Counted from the stretch's first letter, positions 34,051 through 44,128 are shown. The stretch is 64,000 bases of DNA from Burkholderiaceae bacterium (GCA_965227035.1 OZ245724.1:3072605-3136604); one strand, 5' to 3'. Program-made: numbers and translations. The notes: generated by a model from the letters alone, not told the origin.

Positions 34051-37000
34051 TTATTCGTGAAAGCCGATTTGGGCAGCAGGCTGCGCTTGGACACCAGCGG
34101 CACCAGCACCCGCGCCACCGACAGGACCGGTCTCGATATGCGGTGCAGGACCATGCTGCTTGAGCGGTTTGTTGCCGGTGAGCTTGCGCAAGGCCACGTA
34201 GAACACTGGCGTCAGGAACAGGCCGAACGCAGTCACGCCGATCATTCCCGAGAACACTGCGATCCCCATGGCCGAACGCATTTCTGCACCTGCACCGTGA
34301 GCCAGCACCAGCGGCAGCACGCCCATGATGAAAGCCATGGATGTCATCAGGATCGGACGCAGACGCAAGCGGCTCGCCTCGATGGCAGCTTGCACTGGCG
34401 TGAAGCCTTCGAACTCGAGTTCACGCGCGAACTCTACGATCAGGATCGCGTTCTTCGCCGATAGCCCCACAAGGACGATGAGCCCGATCTGCGTGAACAC
34501 GTTGTTGTCGCCGTGCGAGAGCCAGACACCGAACATCGCAGCGAACAATCCCATCGGCACGATCATCACGATGGACATCGGCAGGGTCAGGCTTTCGTAT
34601 TGCGCAGCCAGCACCAGGAACACCAGCAAGATCGCGATCGGGAACACCAGCGCTGCAGAATTGCCCGCGATGATTTCCTGATACGTGAGATCGGTCCATT
34701 CGTAGGTGATGCCTTTGGGCAATGTTTCTGCAGCAATGCGAGCCACTGCATCCTGTGCCTGACCGGTCGAGTAGCCCGGCGCGGCACCGCCGTTGACGTC
34801 GGCTGCGAGGAAGCCGTTGTAGCGCATCGCGCGTTCCGGCCCGAAGGTCGGGGTCACCTTCATGAGCGCAGACAGCGGCACCATTTCACCGGTGGTCGAA
34901 CGCACCTTGAGCGATCCGATATCTTCTGCGCGAGCACGGTGCGCGGCATCGGCCTGGACGCGAACCGTGTAGGTGCGTCCGAACTTGTTGAAGTCGTTGG
35001 CGTACGCGCTACCCAGATAGATCTGCATCGTCTCGAAAACATCGGTGATCGGCACGTTCAGCTGCCGAGCCTTGGTGCGATCGATATCGGCGAACAGTTG
35101 CGGCACGTTCACCTGATAGCTCGAGAACAGTCCGGTCAATTCGGGTGTCTTGTAGGCTTTTTCCATGAACGCCTTGAGCGCTGCATCCATTGCGTCGTAG
35201 CCGAGCGAAGCGCGGTCTTCCAGCATCAGCTTGAACCCGCCGGTGGTGCCGAGACCTTGCACGGGTGGAGGCGGGAAGATCGCAATGAAAGCGTCCTGAA
35301 TCTGGCCGAAATCCTGATTGAGCTTCGCTGCGATTTCATTCGCGGTCATGCCAGGACCTTTGCGATCGACGAAGTCCTTGAGTGGCACGAACACGATGCC
35401 GGAGTTCGAGCTGTTGGTGAATCCGTTGATGGACAAGCCCGGAAACTGCACCGCATGCGCCACGCCGGGCTGCTTCAGCACGATGTCACCCATGCGACGC
35501 ATCACGTCTTCGGTGCGGTCGAGCGTCGCTCCGTCGGGCAATTGAGCAAAGCCGATCAGGTACTGCTTGTCCTGCGCAGGAACGAACCCGGACGGCACCA
35601 GCTTGAACAGGCCAACGGTTGCAGCGGCCAGCACCAGATAGACGATGAACACGATCGCTTTGCGATTCACCACTGTTTTCACGCCGTTGCCATAGGCATC
35701 GCTGCCGCGTCGGAACGCCTTGTTGAACAGGGCGAAACCGCGTCCGAATACCTTGTCCATGCCACGCGTGAGCCAGTCTTTCGGCGCATCGTGTTTGCGC
35801 AGCAGCAATGCGGCCAGCGCAGGCGACAAGGTGAGCGAGTTGATGGCGGAAATGACGGTCGACATCGCGATGGTCAAAGCGAACTGCTTGTAGAACTGAC
35901 CGGTCAGCCCGCTGATGAAAGCGAGCGGCACGAACACGGCCACCAGCACAAGTGCAATCGCAATGATCGGACCGGTGACTTCACGCATGGCCTTGTATGT
36001 CGCTTCCAACGGCGTAAGGCCCGCTTCGATATTGCGCTCGACGTTCTCGACCACCACGATCGCGTCGTCCACCACGATGCCGATGGCCAGGACCAGCCCG
36101 AACAGGCTGAGCGCATTGATCGAGAAGCCGAAGATGTTCATCACCGCAAACGTGCCGACCACTGCAACCGGCACGGCCAGCAGCGGAATGATCGAAGCGC
36201 GCCAGGTTTGAAGGAACAGGATCACGACGAGCACCACGAGCGCGATCGCTTCAAACAGTGTCGTAATGACCGATTCGATGGAAGAACGCACGAAGCGGGT
36301 CGGGTCGTAGACCACCTCATAAGTCATGTCGTCGGGGAAGCTCTTCTTGATCTCTTCCATGACTTCATGAACGCCATCCGAAATCGCAATCGCGTTCGAG
36401 CCTGGGGCCGGGAACATCAACACCGCAACCGCGTCCTTGTTGTTCAACATGGAGCGCAACGCGTAGTCGGCCGATCCGAGTTCTATGCGCGAAATATCTT
36501 TGAGACGCGTGACTGCGCCATCGCGCTCGGTCTTCACGATGATGTCGCCGAACTCTTCTTCGTTCTGCAATCGTCCTTGCGCGTTCACCGACATCTGCAC
36601 GTCGATGCCTTGCAGTCCGGGCGATGCGCCCACCACGCCTGCTGCAGCCTGCACGTTCTGCTCGCGAATCGCGGCCAGCACCGAACTGGCGGAAAGACCG
36701 CGCTCTGCTACTTTTTGCGGATCGAGCCAGACCCGCATCGAGTAGTCGCCCGATCCAAAAAGCTGGACGTCACCCACGCCCGGCACACGTGCAAGTCGAT
36801 CCTTCACGTTGAGCAAGGCGTAGTTGCGCAGATACGCCATGTCGTAGCGTCCGTTCGGCGAAATCAGATGCACCACCGAGTTCACTTCTGCAGAACTCTT
36901 TACGGTGACGACGCCGAGCCTGCGCACTTCTTCAGGCAAACGCGCTTCGGCGCGAGCGACCCGGTTCTGCACCAGCTGCTGCGCCTTGTCCGGGTCGGTG

Positions 37001-37296
37001 CCGAGTTTGAAGGTGACGGTCAAAGTCATCAGGCCGTCGGTAGTTGCCTGGCTGCTCATGTAGAGCAAACCTTCGATGCCGTTGATCTGTTCTTCGATGG
37101 GCGTTGCCACGGTTTCAGCAATGACCTTCGGATTTGCGCCCGGATAGTTGGCGCGCACCACGATCGAAGGCGGAATCACGTCCGGGTATTCCGAGATCGG
37201 TAGCTTGCCCACCGAAATCAGTCCTCCCAGGAATATGAGTAGCGACAGCACGCCGGCAAATATCGGCCGGTCGATGAAAAACTTGGAGATGTTCAT
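34051..37296 (-). CDS. RND multidrug efflux permease (HAE1; MexF/CeoB/BpeF-like)
   Basis: 1081 aa. Begins MNISKFFIDRPIFAGVLSLLIFLGGLISVGKLPISEYPDVIPPSIVV, close to the MexF-type N-terminus. 12 TMS. Gly/Ala/Pro-rich C-terminal tail. Confidence 0.95.
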   Translation of the reverse strand: MNISKFFIDRPIFAGVLSLLIFLGGLISVGKLPISEYPDVIPPSIVVRANYPGANPKVIAETVATPIEEQINGIEGLLYMSSQATTDGLMTLTVTFKLGTDPDKAQQLVQNRVARAEARLPEEVRRLGVVTVKSSAEVNSVVHLISPNGRYDMAYLRNYALLNVKDRLARVPGVGDVQLFGSGDYSMRVWLDPQKVAERGLSASSVLAAIREQNVQAAAGVVGASPGLQGIDVQMSVNAQGRLQNEEEFGDIIVKTERDGAVTRLKDISRIELGSADYALRSMLNNKDAVAVLMFPAPGSNAIAISDGVHEVMEEIKKSFPDDMTYEVVYDPTRFVRSSIESVITTLFEAIALVVLVVILFLQTWRASIIPLLAVPVAVVGTFAVMNIFGFSINALSLFGLVLAIGIVVDDAIVVVENVERNIEAGLTPLEATYKAMREVTGPIIAIALVLVAVFVPLAFISGLTGQFYKQFALTIAMSTVISAINSLTLSPALAALLLRKHDAPKDWLTRGMDKVFGRGFALFNKAFRRGSDAYGNGVKTVVNRKAIVFIVYLVLAAATVGLFKLVPSGFVPAQDKQYLIGFAQLPDGATLDRTEDVMRRMGDIVLKQPGVAHAVQFPGLSINGFTNSSNSGIVFVPLKDFVDRKGPGMTANEIAAKLNQDFGQIQDAFIAIFPPPPVQGLGTTGGFKLMLEDRASLGYDAMDAALKAFMEKAYKTPELTGLFSSYQVNVPQLFADIDRTKARQLNVPITDVFETMQIYLGSAYANDFNKFGRTYTVRVQADAAHRARAEDIGSLKVRSTTGEMVPLSALMKVTPTFGPERAMRYNGFLAADVNGGAAPGYSTGQAQDAVARIAAETLPKGITYEWTDLTYQEIIAGNSAALVFPIAILLVFLVLAAQYESLTLPMSIVMIVPMGLFAAMFGVWLSHGDNNVFTQIGLIVLVGLSAKNAILIVEFARELEFEGFTPVQAAIEASRLRLRPILMTSMAFIMGVLPLVLAHGAGAEMRSAMGIAVFSGMIGVTAFGLFLTPVFYVALRKLTGNKPLKQHGPAPHIETGPVGGAGAGAAGVQAQPAAQIGFHE

Positions 37297-37357
37297 GGCT
37301 CTTCTCGTGAACGGTTATTTGTTGTTTTTGTAGAAAGATTGGTAAGCAGTGCTGCGC

Positions 37358-38605
37358 TCAAGAATTCGTCGCCAGCTTCACCGGCTTGTTGGCGTGATCG
37401 ATCTCTGCCTTCGCAGACATCTCGACCACTTGCGGTGCTACCAAAGATCCCGGACGAATACGCTGCAGTCCGTTCACCACAATGCGTTCGTTCGCCTTAA
37501 GACCGCTCTTGACGACACGCAATCCATTGATCGATGCGCCCAGCGTGACTTCGCGATAGGCGGCCTTGTTGTCGGCATCGACCACCAGCACGAACTTCTT
37601 GCTCTGGTCGGTACCGACCGCGCGTTCGTTGATCAGCAGCGCACTCATCTTGGAGGTTTGACCCAGGCGGATATGCGCGAACTGACCCGGCATGAGCGAG
37701 CCGTCCTTGTTGTCGAACACCGCACGTGCGCGAACGGTGCCGCTCTTTGCATCGACCTGGTTGTCGACCAGTTGCAGCTTGCCGGTGAATGGAGTGTCGG
37801 TCGTTGCCGAGGTGCCCATCTGCACAGGAATGCGTTCGATGTTGCGCGAAGCGCCGTTGCCGCCCGCGTCTTTCAACGCCTTGGACACGACCTCCTCGTC
37901 TGCATCGAAGCTTGCGTAAATCGGGCTCACCGAGACCAGCGTCGTCAGCACCGGAGCGCTCGCACCAGCGGCCACCTGATTGCCCACGGTGACTTCCAGC
38001 TTGCCAACGCGGCCTGCGACCGGCGCACGAACCTGGGTGTAGCTCAGGCTCAGTCGAGCCGATTGCAGCTCCGCTTGCGCTGCACGCAAATTCGCATCGG
38101 CTTCGCGTCCACCATTTGCACGCTCGTCGAACTCACGCTTCGAGATCGCCTGCTCGTTCCACAGACGCTGCGAGCGATCCTGCTCGCCCTTCGCTTGCGT
38201 CAGTCGTGCCTGCGCTGCAGCAACCTGTGCTTCCGCGCGTTCGACATCGGCTGCGAATGGAGCAGGATCGATGGTCAGCAGCAAGTCGCCCTTCTTCACC
38301 AGAGAGCCTTCCTTGAATTGCACCGACTGGATGACGCCTGCGACTCGCGATCGAATGTCCACACGATCGACCGCTTCGAGTCGTCCGGAAAATTCATCCC
38401 AGATCGATACTTCGCTTTGAACCACTGTTGCAACCGACACCGGTGTAGCGGGCGGCGCAGCTGGCGCGCTCTGGGCTTGCGTGCCCTGTACGCCGAACAG
38501 AATGGCGGAAAAAGCGATCACCGCACTCGCAGCGATCGTGATGGTGAGTGCGCGGCCGCGCGAAGCGTTTGTATTGAAACTGGTGCTGGTGTTGTTGTCG
38601 TTCAT
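37358..38605 (-). CDS. RND efflux periplasmic adaptor (MFP; MexE/CeoA/BpeE-like)
   Basis: 415 aa with an N-terminal anchor and coiled-coil hairpin region (AQVAAAQARLTQAKGEQDRSQRL..). Immediately upstream of the RND gene. Confidence 0.9.
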   Translation of the reverse strand: MNDNNTSTSFNTNASRGRALTITIAASAVIAFSAILFGVQGTQAQSAPAAPPATPVSVATVVQSEVSIWDEFSGRLEAVDRVDIRSRVAGVIQSVQFKEGSLVKKGDLLLTIDPAPFAADVERAEAQVAAAQARLTQAKGEQDRSQRLWNEQAISKREFDERANGGREADANLRAAQAELQSARLSLSYTQVRAPVAGRVGKLEVTVGNQVAAGASAPVLTTLVSVSPIYASFDADEEVVSKALKDAGGNGASRNIERIPVQMGTSATTDTPFTGKLQLVDNQVDAKSGTVRARAVFDNKDGSLMPGQFAHIRLGQTSKMSALLINERAVGTDQSKKFVLVVDADNKAAYREVTLGASINGLRVVKSGLKANERIVVNGLQRIRPGSLVAPQVVEMSAKAEIDHANKPVKLATNS

Positions 38606-38686
38606 GGTCTATCCCTCAAAAGTAAAAGGCAAAAGAAGTCCCTCGGCGCGTAATCGCCGATTCAAAAATTTCGTTCTGGTGATTTC

Positions 38687-38716
38687 AGAAAACTGCGCGT
38701 CGTCCCCTACGCGCAG
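38687..38716 (-). terminator. Rho-independent terminator-like hairpin after the LlpE-like gene
   Basis: CTGCGCGT-cgtcccct-ACGCGCAG (8-bp stem). On the minus strand it is followed by TTTTCT. It begins 9 nt after the stop at 38725. Confidence 0.5.
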
Positions 38717-38724
38717 CTGCTATC

Positions 38725-39570
38725 TCAGGAAGGTGCGGATGCCTTCTCGTGCAAAAACAATTTCAAATATTGCTGGATGTCCGCAGTGCACTGGCAGGTT
38801 TTCTCGCATTGCGCATCGAGCGATTCCGGCCATCCGGTGTTCTGAAAAATATGAGTGGTCACATTGCTGCCGGCCTTGCTCAGGCGATCCGCGTAAGCCA
38901 GCGCTTCGTCATGCATCGGGTCGTCACTCGATGTGAGGATGAGCGCGCGCGGCATGCCAGCAAGCCGCAACATCTGGCTGGGCACTGCGTAAGGATGATC
39001 GATATCCATCGGTCCCTGCAGATAGTCGCACCAGCCGCGCGCCCACTTGCTGTCGGTGCATTCACCCATGCAACTGCGGAGGGAGGCTGTGCCGGTACGC
39101 GGATCGAGCATCGGCGTGACCAGGATTTGCCCGGCCAGCGGAGGGCCCAGACGGTCTCGCGCCATGACGGCAACTCCTGCTGCCAGATTGCCACCTGCTT
39201 CTTCGCCTGCAACGAACAGGGGTGCATTCGCGCCGCCGAGTTTTGTTTTGTTCTTGGCTGCCCATTGCAGGGTTGCGAAGCCGGCTTCCACCGCTTGCGG
39301 GAACGGATTTTTGGGTGCGAGTGGATAGTCCACCGACACAACCACCGCTCCGGCCGATGCAATCAAACGGCTGAGGCGCGATCCGGTATCGAGATCGCCC
39401 GTCGTGAAGTTGCCGCCATGGAAATGAACGACGACCGGCACCGCCGACGGAACCGCGCCAGCCTTGGGCTTGGTTCCGTAAATGCGAATGCCGATGCTGC
39501 ATCGGCCGACGTCGACGGTAGCCGTCTTGGTCGGGATGCTTTCCAGCATGTTGATGGGGTCGTTGTCCAT
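38725..39570 (-). CDS. alpha/beta-hydrolase fold-3 (HSL/esterase-lipase family) protein, LlpE-like, nucleophile Ser replaced by Glu
   Basis: Has HFHGGNF (HGG oxyanion block) and VDYPLAPKNPFPQA. The elbow reads GEEAGGNLA instead of GDSAGGNLA (codon GAA = complement of 39199-39201). The start is uncertain: ATG 39570 (MDNDPIN) or 39549 (MLESIP). Confidence 0.7.
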   Translation of the reverse strand: MDNDPINMLESIPTKTATVDVGRCSIGIRIYGTKPKAGAVPSAVPVVVHFHGGNFTTGDLDTGSRLSRLIASAGAVVVSVDYPLAPKNPFPQAVEAGFATLQWAAKNKTKLGGANAPLFVAGEEAGGNLAAGVAVMARDRLGPPLAGQILVTPMLDPRTGTASLRSCMGECTDSKWARGWCDYLQGPMDIDHPYAVPSQMLRLAGMPRALILTSSDDPMHDEALAYADRLSKAGSNVTTHIFQNTGWPESLDAQCEKTCQCTADIQQYLKLFLHEKASAPS

Positions 39571-39679
39571 GAGAAGTAATGTAGGTAGGTTGATGCGTTG
39601 CACAAAGGGGCTAACTTGCAGTTCAGTGTTTCCCGGAATCGAACAATGACGACACGGTGACTGCGCACATTGGCTGCGT

Positions 39680-40588
39680 CTAGAAGTGCGGATGATTGGA
39701 GAACAGGTCGACTGTCCAGTCGACAAAAGCCCGAACCTTGGCGCTCAGGTGCCGGTTGGGCGGATAGACGACGTAAATTGGGAAAGGCGGGAATAGCCAG
39801 TCCGGAAGAACCTCGACAAGCTTGCCCGATTCAAGATGCTCGGTGGCATGAAACCTGGCGAGCTGCGAAATACCCAGCCCAGCCAAAGCTGCATCCACCA
39901 CCGCATTCGCTTCATTGATCGAAATCCGGTGCTTCGCCTTGAACTCGATCGACTCCCCGTCTTTCTCGAAGATGTTCGCGAAATGCTTACCAGTGCGCGC
40001 CGAGAAATAGTTGATAGGCACATGCCCCTGATCATCGAGATCTTTCGGATGCTTGGGCACGCCATACCTTTTCAGGTAGTCGGGCGAAGCTGCCGTCACC
40101 ATGTGAATGCTGCCGACGCGGCGAGCGACGAGCGATTGCTCCATCAGGTCACCGCCGCGAATCACTACGTCAACGTTGTCTGCGATCAGATCGACCGGGC
40201 GATCCGATACCCCCACGTCGATCTGTATATCCGGATATCGCTCGCAGAAGCTGGGAAGCTGCGGAATGATCACCAGCCTCGCGACCGACGTCGGAATGTC
40301 GATCCGCAATCGCCCGCTAGGGTTCTGCTGCGAATTCGACATGCTCGCCTCGAGTTCGTCGAGCTCCCCCAGCAATCGCATCGCACGCTCGTAATACACC
40401 GCACCAGCAGGCGTGACCGTGACCGATCGCGTGGTGCGATTGAGCAGCTTGACCTTCAGGTGCGATTCGAGGTTCTGAATATGCTTGGTAACCGTGCCCT
40501 TGGGCAGGTTCAGCGACTCCGCCGCCTTGGTGAAGCCCCCCGCTTCCACCACCCGGTTGAACACCCTCATCCAGGAAATTTGATCCAT
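39680..40588 (-). CDS. LysR-family transcriptional regulator (MexT/CeoR/BpeT-like by context)
   Basis: I use the internal start MDQISWMRVFNRVVEAGGFTKAAESLNLPKGTVTKHIQNLE (ATG = complement of 40586-40588), giving 302 aa. Confidence 0.85.
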   Translation of the reverse strand: MDQISWMRVFNRVVEAGGFTKAAESLNLPKGTVTKHIQNLESHLKVKLLNRTTRSVTVTPAGAVYYERAMRLLGELDELEASMSNSQQNPSGRLRIDIPTSVARLVIIPQLPSFCERYPDIQIDVGVSDRPVDLIADNVDVVIRGGDLMEQSLVARRVGSIHMVTAASPDYLKRYGVPKHPKDLDDQGHVPINYFSARTGKHFANIFEKDGESIEFKAKHRISINEANAVVDAALAGLGISQLARFHATEHLESGKLVEVLPDWLFPPFPIYVVYPPNRHLSAKVRAFVDWTVDLFSNHPHF

Positions 40589-40744
40589 GTGTCTTGACCG
40601 CCGTACAGTTGATTGGTGTCGTGGCGCTCCCACCCCAACTGCCGGAAGGTAGCGCAAATGGCCCATTTGCGGGCAAAACGCGAATAATCAACCGATACGG
40701 GCTGTCCGTATAAGCACAAACAAGGTTTGCATTCCGAGAGCCAG

Positions 40745-41272
40745 ATGAGTCTTTTCTCCTCCGTAATGGGGCCGTCCTTCGAAAAACTTCACCCCGCACT
40801 GCAGAAGTTTCACTCCATGAAGAGTGCTCAGGAGTTCGCAGGCGAAGTCCGCACGTCAGCACCGACCTCTTTTTTTGCGAAGCTGTTGGCGATGCTGTTG
40901 GGCTCGCCACTTGAAGCCTCAACTGGACCGATCAGGTTCACGCTTCACGTATCGCCATCTCAAGAGCGATGGACGCGTGAATTTCCGGGAACGACGATGA
41001 AGTCGGTTCTGACGGCCGTCGATGGAAACGTCACAGAGAAGCTCGGTGCAGCAACTCTCACCTTTCGAGTGATCGAGACGGGGGGTGCGCTGGAGATGCA
41101 ACTCGCGAAAATGAAATTTCTCGGCATATCTTGCCCGGGATGGCTTTTGCCGCGAATCGTTGCCCGTGAAGAGGGGCGGGACAACGGCCTCGGTTTCACA
41201 ATCAGCGCACACGTGGTTTTGATCGGACAAGTCGTCGGCTACGAGGGATACCTCGACATTCCTAACTCTTGA
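40745..41272 (+). CDS. DUF4166-like protein
   Basis: 175 aa from ATG 40745 (the track start at 40727 is a TTG). The MSLFSSVMGPSFEKLHPALQKFH.. and ..ERWTREFPG.. patterns resemble DUF4166. Divergent from the LysR gene. Confidence 0.5.
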   Translation: MSLFSSVMGPSFEKLHPALQKFHSMKSAQEFAGEVRTSAPTSFFAKLLAMLLGSPLEASTGPIRFTLHVSPSQERWTREFPGTTMKSVLTAVDGNVTEKLGAATLTFRVIETGGALEMQLAKMKFLGISCPGWLLPRIVAREEGRDNGLGFTISAHVVLIGQVVGYEGYLDIPNS

Positions 41273-41684
41273 ACCTCACATATCCCTCTTCCGAAATCTC
41301 CCACTTCGGGTTGTGCGCGATCTCCCAGACGTGACCATCGATATCGGACACGTTGCCCGAGTACCCGCCCCAGGGCAGAGGCGTCGCCTGACGCAGCTTC
41401 TTTGCACCGAACGACACCATTCGCCCGATGAGGGCATCGACTTCTTCGCGGGAACCCACGTTGTGGCCCAAGGCCATCTTGTGACCTTCGACCACGCTTT
41501 TGGAGTGAATGTCCGAATCGAAAGATGCACGGGACCAGAGGCCGAGCACGAATCCGTTGAACTGGAAAAAGACGACATCGCCGTCGTCGAACACGGGGGT
41601 CCAGCCCAGCGCGTCGACATAAAAAGCCTTCGATTTGGCGAGATCCGATACCGGAAGGGTGATGACTGAAACCTGTTGCTGCAT
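41262..41684 (-). CDS. VOC (glyoxalase/bleomycin resistance) family protein
   Basis: I place the start at MQQQVSVITLPVSDLAKSKAFY (ATG = complement of 41682-41684), with AAGGAG 7 nt upstream. 140 aa. Its 3' end overlaps the convergent DUF4166 gene by 11 nt. Confidence 0.75.
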   Translation of the reverse strand: MQQQVSVITLPVSDLAKSKAFYVDALGWTPVFDDGDVVFFQFNGFVLGLWSRASFDSDIHSKSVVEGHKMALGHNVGSREEVDALIGRMVSFGAKKLRQATPLPWGGYSGNVSDIDGHVWEIAHNPKWEISEEGYVRFKS

Positions 41685-41884
41685 AGCTTGACTCCTTTGC
41701 GAATACATGGAAACCAGCCTAGCCCAACAGTGCCGGGAATCGTGCTTTCACAAGTAAGCGACGTAGCGTGCGTATCGGCCGAGCCCCGGCCAAAAACTCG
41801 ACTTCGTGAAAGATTGCCAAGTAGCGATTCCGCAAAAGGAAGAGAATCTGCCCACCGTCATGTACTTCAGACCCTTCAAAGACT

Positions 41885-42577
41885 ATGCGACTCTTACTTG
41901 TTGAAGACGAAACCGAAATGGCATCCTGGCTGGTGCGTGCATTCAAACAAAGCGGCTACGTGCCCGATCACGCACCCGATGCCGCAACTGCGGAGTCGCT
42001 GCTGGCTGGCAACGATTACGACGCCGCCGTGCTCGACCTTCGTTTGCCGGACAAACACGGGCTTTCCATCCTTGCCGATATGCGCAAGAGCGGAAACCGC
42101 ACACCGGTCCTCATCCTTACCGCGCAGGGATCTCTGCAGGACAAGGTCAAGGGCCTGAATCTCGGTGCCGACGACTTTCTGGCAAAACCTTTCGATATCG
42201 AAGAACTGGAAGCGCGACTTACCGCGCTCGTCCGGCGCAGCCGGGGCAACAATGCGCACACCGAACTCGTCTGCGGCTCGCTCTCATGCGCGCACGACAG
42301 CCGCGCGTTCACGCTGGGCGGCAACCTGCTGGCGTTGACGCCGCGTGAATCGGCAGCGCTTTATGTGCTGCTCTCGCGTAGCGGCGCGCCGGTCGAGAAA
42401 ACCCTGCTCTCCAATAAAGTGTTCCCCGCCGATAGCAATGCCGGACCCGATGCAATCGAACTGGTTCTGCACCGTCTTCGCCGCAAGCTCACCGGCGGCG
42501 ATGTGCGTATCGTCACGGTGCGTGGCCTCGGCTACATGCTCGAAGCGATCACCAGCGAAGACGCGACCGTCCACTGA
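41885..42577 (+). CDS. tctD: OmpR-family response regulator TctD
   Basis: 230 aa. Receiver domain (MRLLLVEDE..LDLRLPDKHG..) plus winged helix. The C-terminus IELVLHRLRRKLTGGDVRIVTVRGLGYMLE closely matches my recollection of Salmonella TctD. Upstream of tctE-tctBA. Confidence 0.85.
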   Translation: MRLLLVEDETEMASWLVRAFKQSGYVPDHAPDAATAESLLAGNDYDAAVLDLRLPDKHGLSILADMRKSGNRTPVLILTAQGSLQDKVKGLNLGADDFLAKPFDIEELEARLTALVRRSRGNNAHTELVCGSLSCAHDSRAFTLGGNLLALTPRESAALYVLLSRSGAPVEKTLLSNKVFPADSNAGPDAIELVLHRLRRKLTGGDVRIVTVRGLGYMLEAITSEDATVH

Positions 42578-42595
42578 TTGCGGTAGTTCGCCGGT

Positions 42596-44128
42596 TTGAA
42601 TCGCCTCCTCGGTCTCTTCAGTCGTTTCGGCATTCGGGCACGGCTGCTGACGCTGCTGCTGCCTGGCGTCGTCGGTCTGCTCGTTCTCGATAGCCTGAAC
42701 GACTATCGCGCCGAGCGCGCCCTGGTGCAGAACACCTTCGACTCGGCCATGCTCGAGTCGGTCTCGATTCTCCAGAGCAGCATGGCAGTGGCTCCCGATG
42801 GCAGCCTGAAAATCAACGCGCCTTTTCTGCTGCAGACGATGATCGATTCGAACCGCGCGCAGCACAAACACGTGCACGTTGGCGTGACACCGCGCGATGG
42901 CGCAGGACAGGCAGCACGCGAGGTAACGCTGCTCGGCGATGCCGTATTGCCCCTGCCGCCGCGATCACCCACGCCAGAGGCCAGATCGGTCGGACCTTCG
43001 GCGGTCGCGTACGACGCAATGGTGGATAGCGAGCCGTCGCGCATCGTTGCACTTCGAACCCAGGTGCAGGACGGAGGCGGCAAGCCTTTCGATCTGTTGA
43101 TCCAACTGGCAGAAAGCACCGCCCCGCGCGATGAAGCCCTGGCCGCTTCCCTCAGGCAGCAGCTGATTCGCGACGTGCGCATGGTGCTCGTGACCGTTTT
43201 GCTGGTATGGCTCGGCATTCTCTGGTCTTTGCAACCACTCGAGAAACTTCGGCGGTCGGTTCTTAAAAGCAAAGGTCACGAGCTCAAGCCTCTCGACACC
43301 AGCGACGTGCCCCATGAGGTGGCGCCTCTGGTCGACGCAGTGAACATTCATGTGGCGAGCTATCGCGAATTGCTGGATCAACAGTCGCAATTCCTGGCCG
43401 ACGCTTCCCATCAATTGCGCACGCCGCTGGCCATCATGCTGACCCAGGCCGGCGTTGCCTTGCGCGAGAAAAACCCCGATGTGATGCGCGAAACGCTTCG
43501 GGCCATGGTCGCCCAGATTTCGCGCAGCCGGCGTCTTTGCGAGCAGCTACTGTCACTTGCTCACGCAAGCGATGGCGTGGAGCCGTCCGACGCTCCGGCG
43601 CTGGTCGACCTCAACGCGATCGCTCGCGATGTGGTGCTGCAGTATTTGTCGTTGGCGCACGAGAAGAACCAGGATCTGGGATGGGTCGACGCGAGGGAGA
43701 ACGACGCCCGGGCCGACGCCGGCGGAATCGCAGTTCCGGTCATGGCAAACGGTCTGGAGTTACACGAGGTGTTGTCGAACCTGGTTCACAACGCAATCGT
43801 CTACACCCCGCTGGGCGGCAACATCACGGTAATGACCAGCATCGGCAACGGACGAGCAATGGCGGAGGTTCGCGACGACGGGCCGGGCATAAGCGAGGAA
43901 CGTCGGGTCGAAGTGTTCGAACGCTTCCATCATGGTGGCACTTCGCTTGCCAAGAGCACGCACGGCGCCGGTCTGGGCCTTTCGATCGCCCGGGCCTACG
44001 CGCGTCGAAACGGCGGCGATATCGAGCTGGTCACGGTCGATAAATCCGACGCGAACAAACGCGCCGGATTGCGCGCCATCCTCACTCTCCCGCTGAGCGA
44101 CAACGCTTCTTCTGCCTCCTCCATCTGA
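42596..44128 (+). CDS. tctE: sensor histidine kinase TctE
   Basis: 510 aa with a TTG start (first start codon after an in-frame TAG at 42584). Two TM segments flank a periplasmic domain. H-box ASHQLRTPLA and G2 box GAGLGLSIAR. Confidence 0.8.
   Translation: MNRLLGLFSRFGIRARLLTLLLPGVVGLLVLDSLNDYRAERALVQNTFDSAMLESVSILQSSMAVAPDGSLKINAPFLLQTMIDSNRAQHKHVHVGVTPRDGAGQAAREVTLLGDAVLPLPPRSPTPEARSVGPSAVAYDAMVDSEPSRIVALRTQVQDGGGKPFDLLIQLAESTAPRDEALAASLRQQLIRDVRMVLVTVLLVWLGILWSLQPLEKLRRSVLKSKGHELKPLDTSDVPHEVAPLVDAVNIHVASYRELLDQQSQFLADASHQLRTPLAIMLTQAGVALREKNPDVMRETLRAMVAQISRSRRLCEQLLSLAHASDGVEPSDAPALVDLNAIARDVVLQYLSLAHEKNQDLGWVDARENDARADAGGIAVPVMANGLELHEVLSNLVHNAIVYTPLGGNITVMTSIGNGRAMAEVRDDGPGISEERRVEVFERFHHGGTSLAKSTHGAGLGLSIARAYARRNGGDIELVTVDKSDANKRAGLRAILTLPLSDNASSASSI

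Noticed and set aside
34513-37203. 896-aa plus-strand ORF antisense to the RND pump. Similar long antisense ORFs occur at 21131-23242 (703 aa), 44825-46420 (531 aa), 8939-10027, 5579-6496, 37349-38653 and 19978-21168.
   Set aside because: Their composition is extremely Arg/His/Asp/Gln-rich and they have no motifs. Each lies exactly opposite a well-supported gene. This is typical of stop-poor antisense frames in high-GC DNA.
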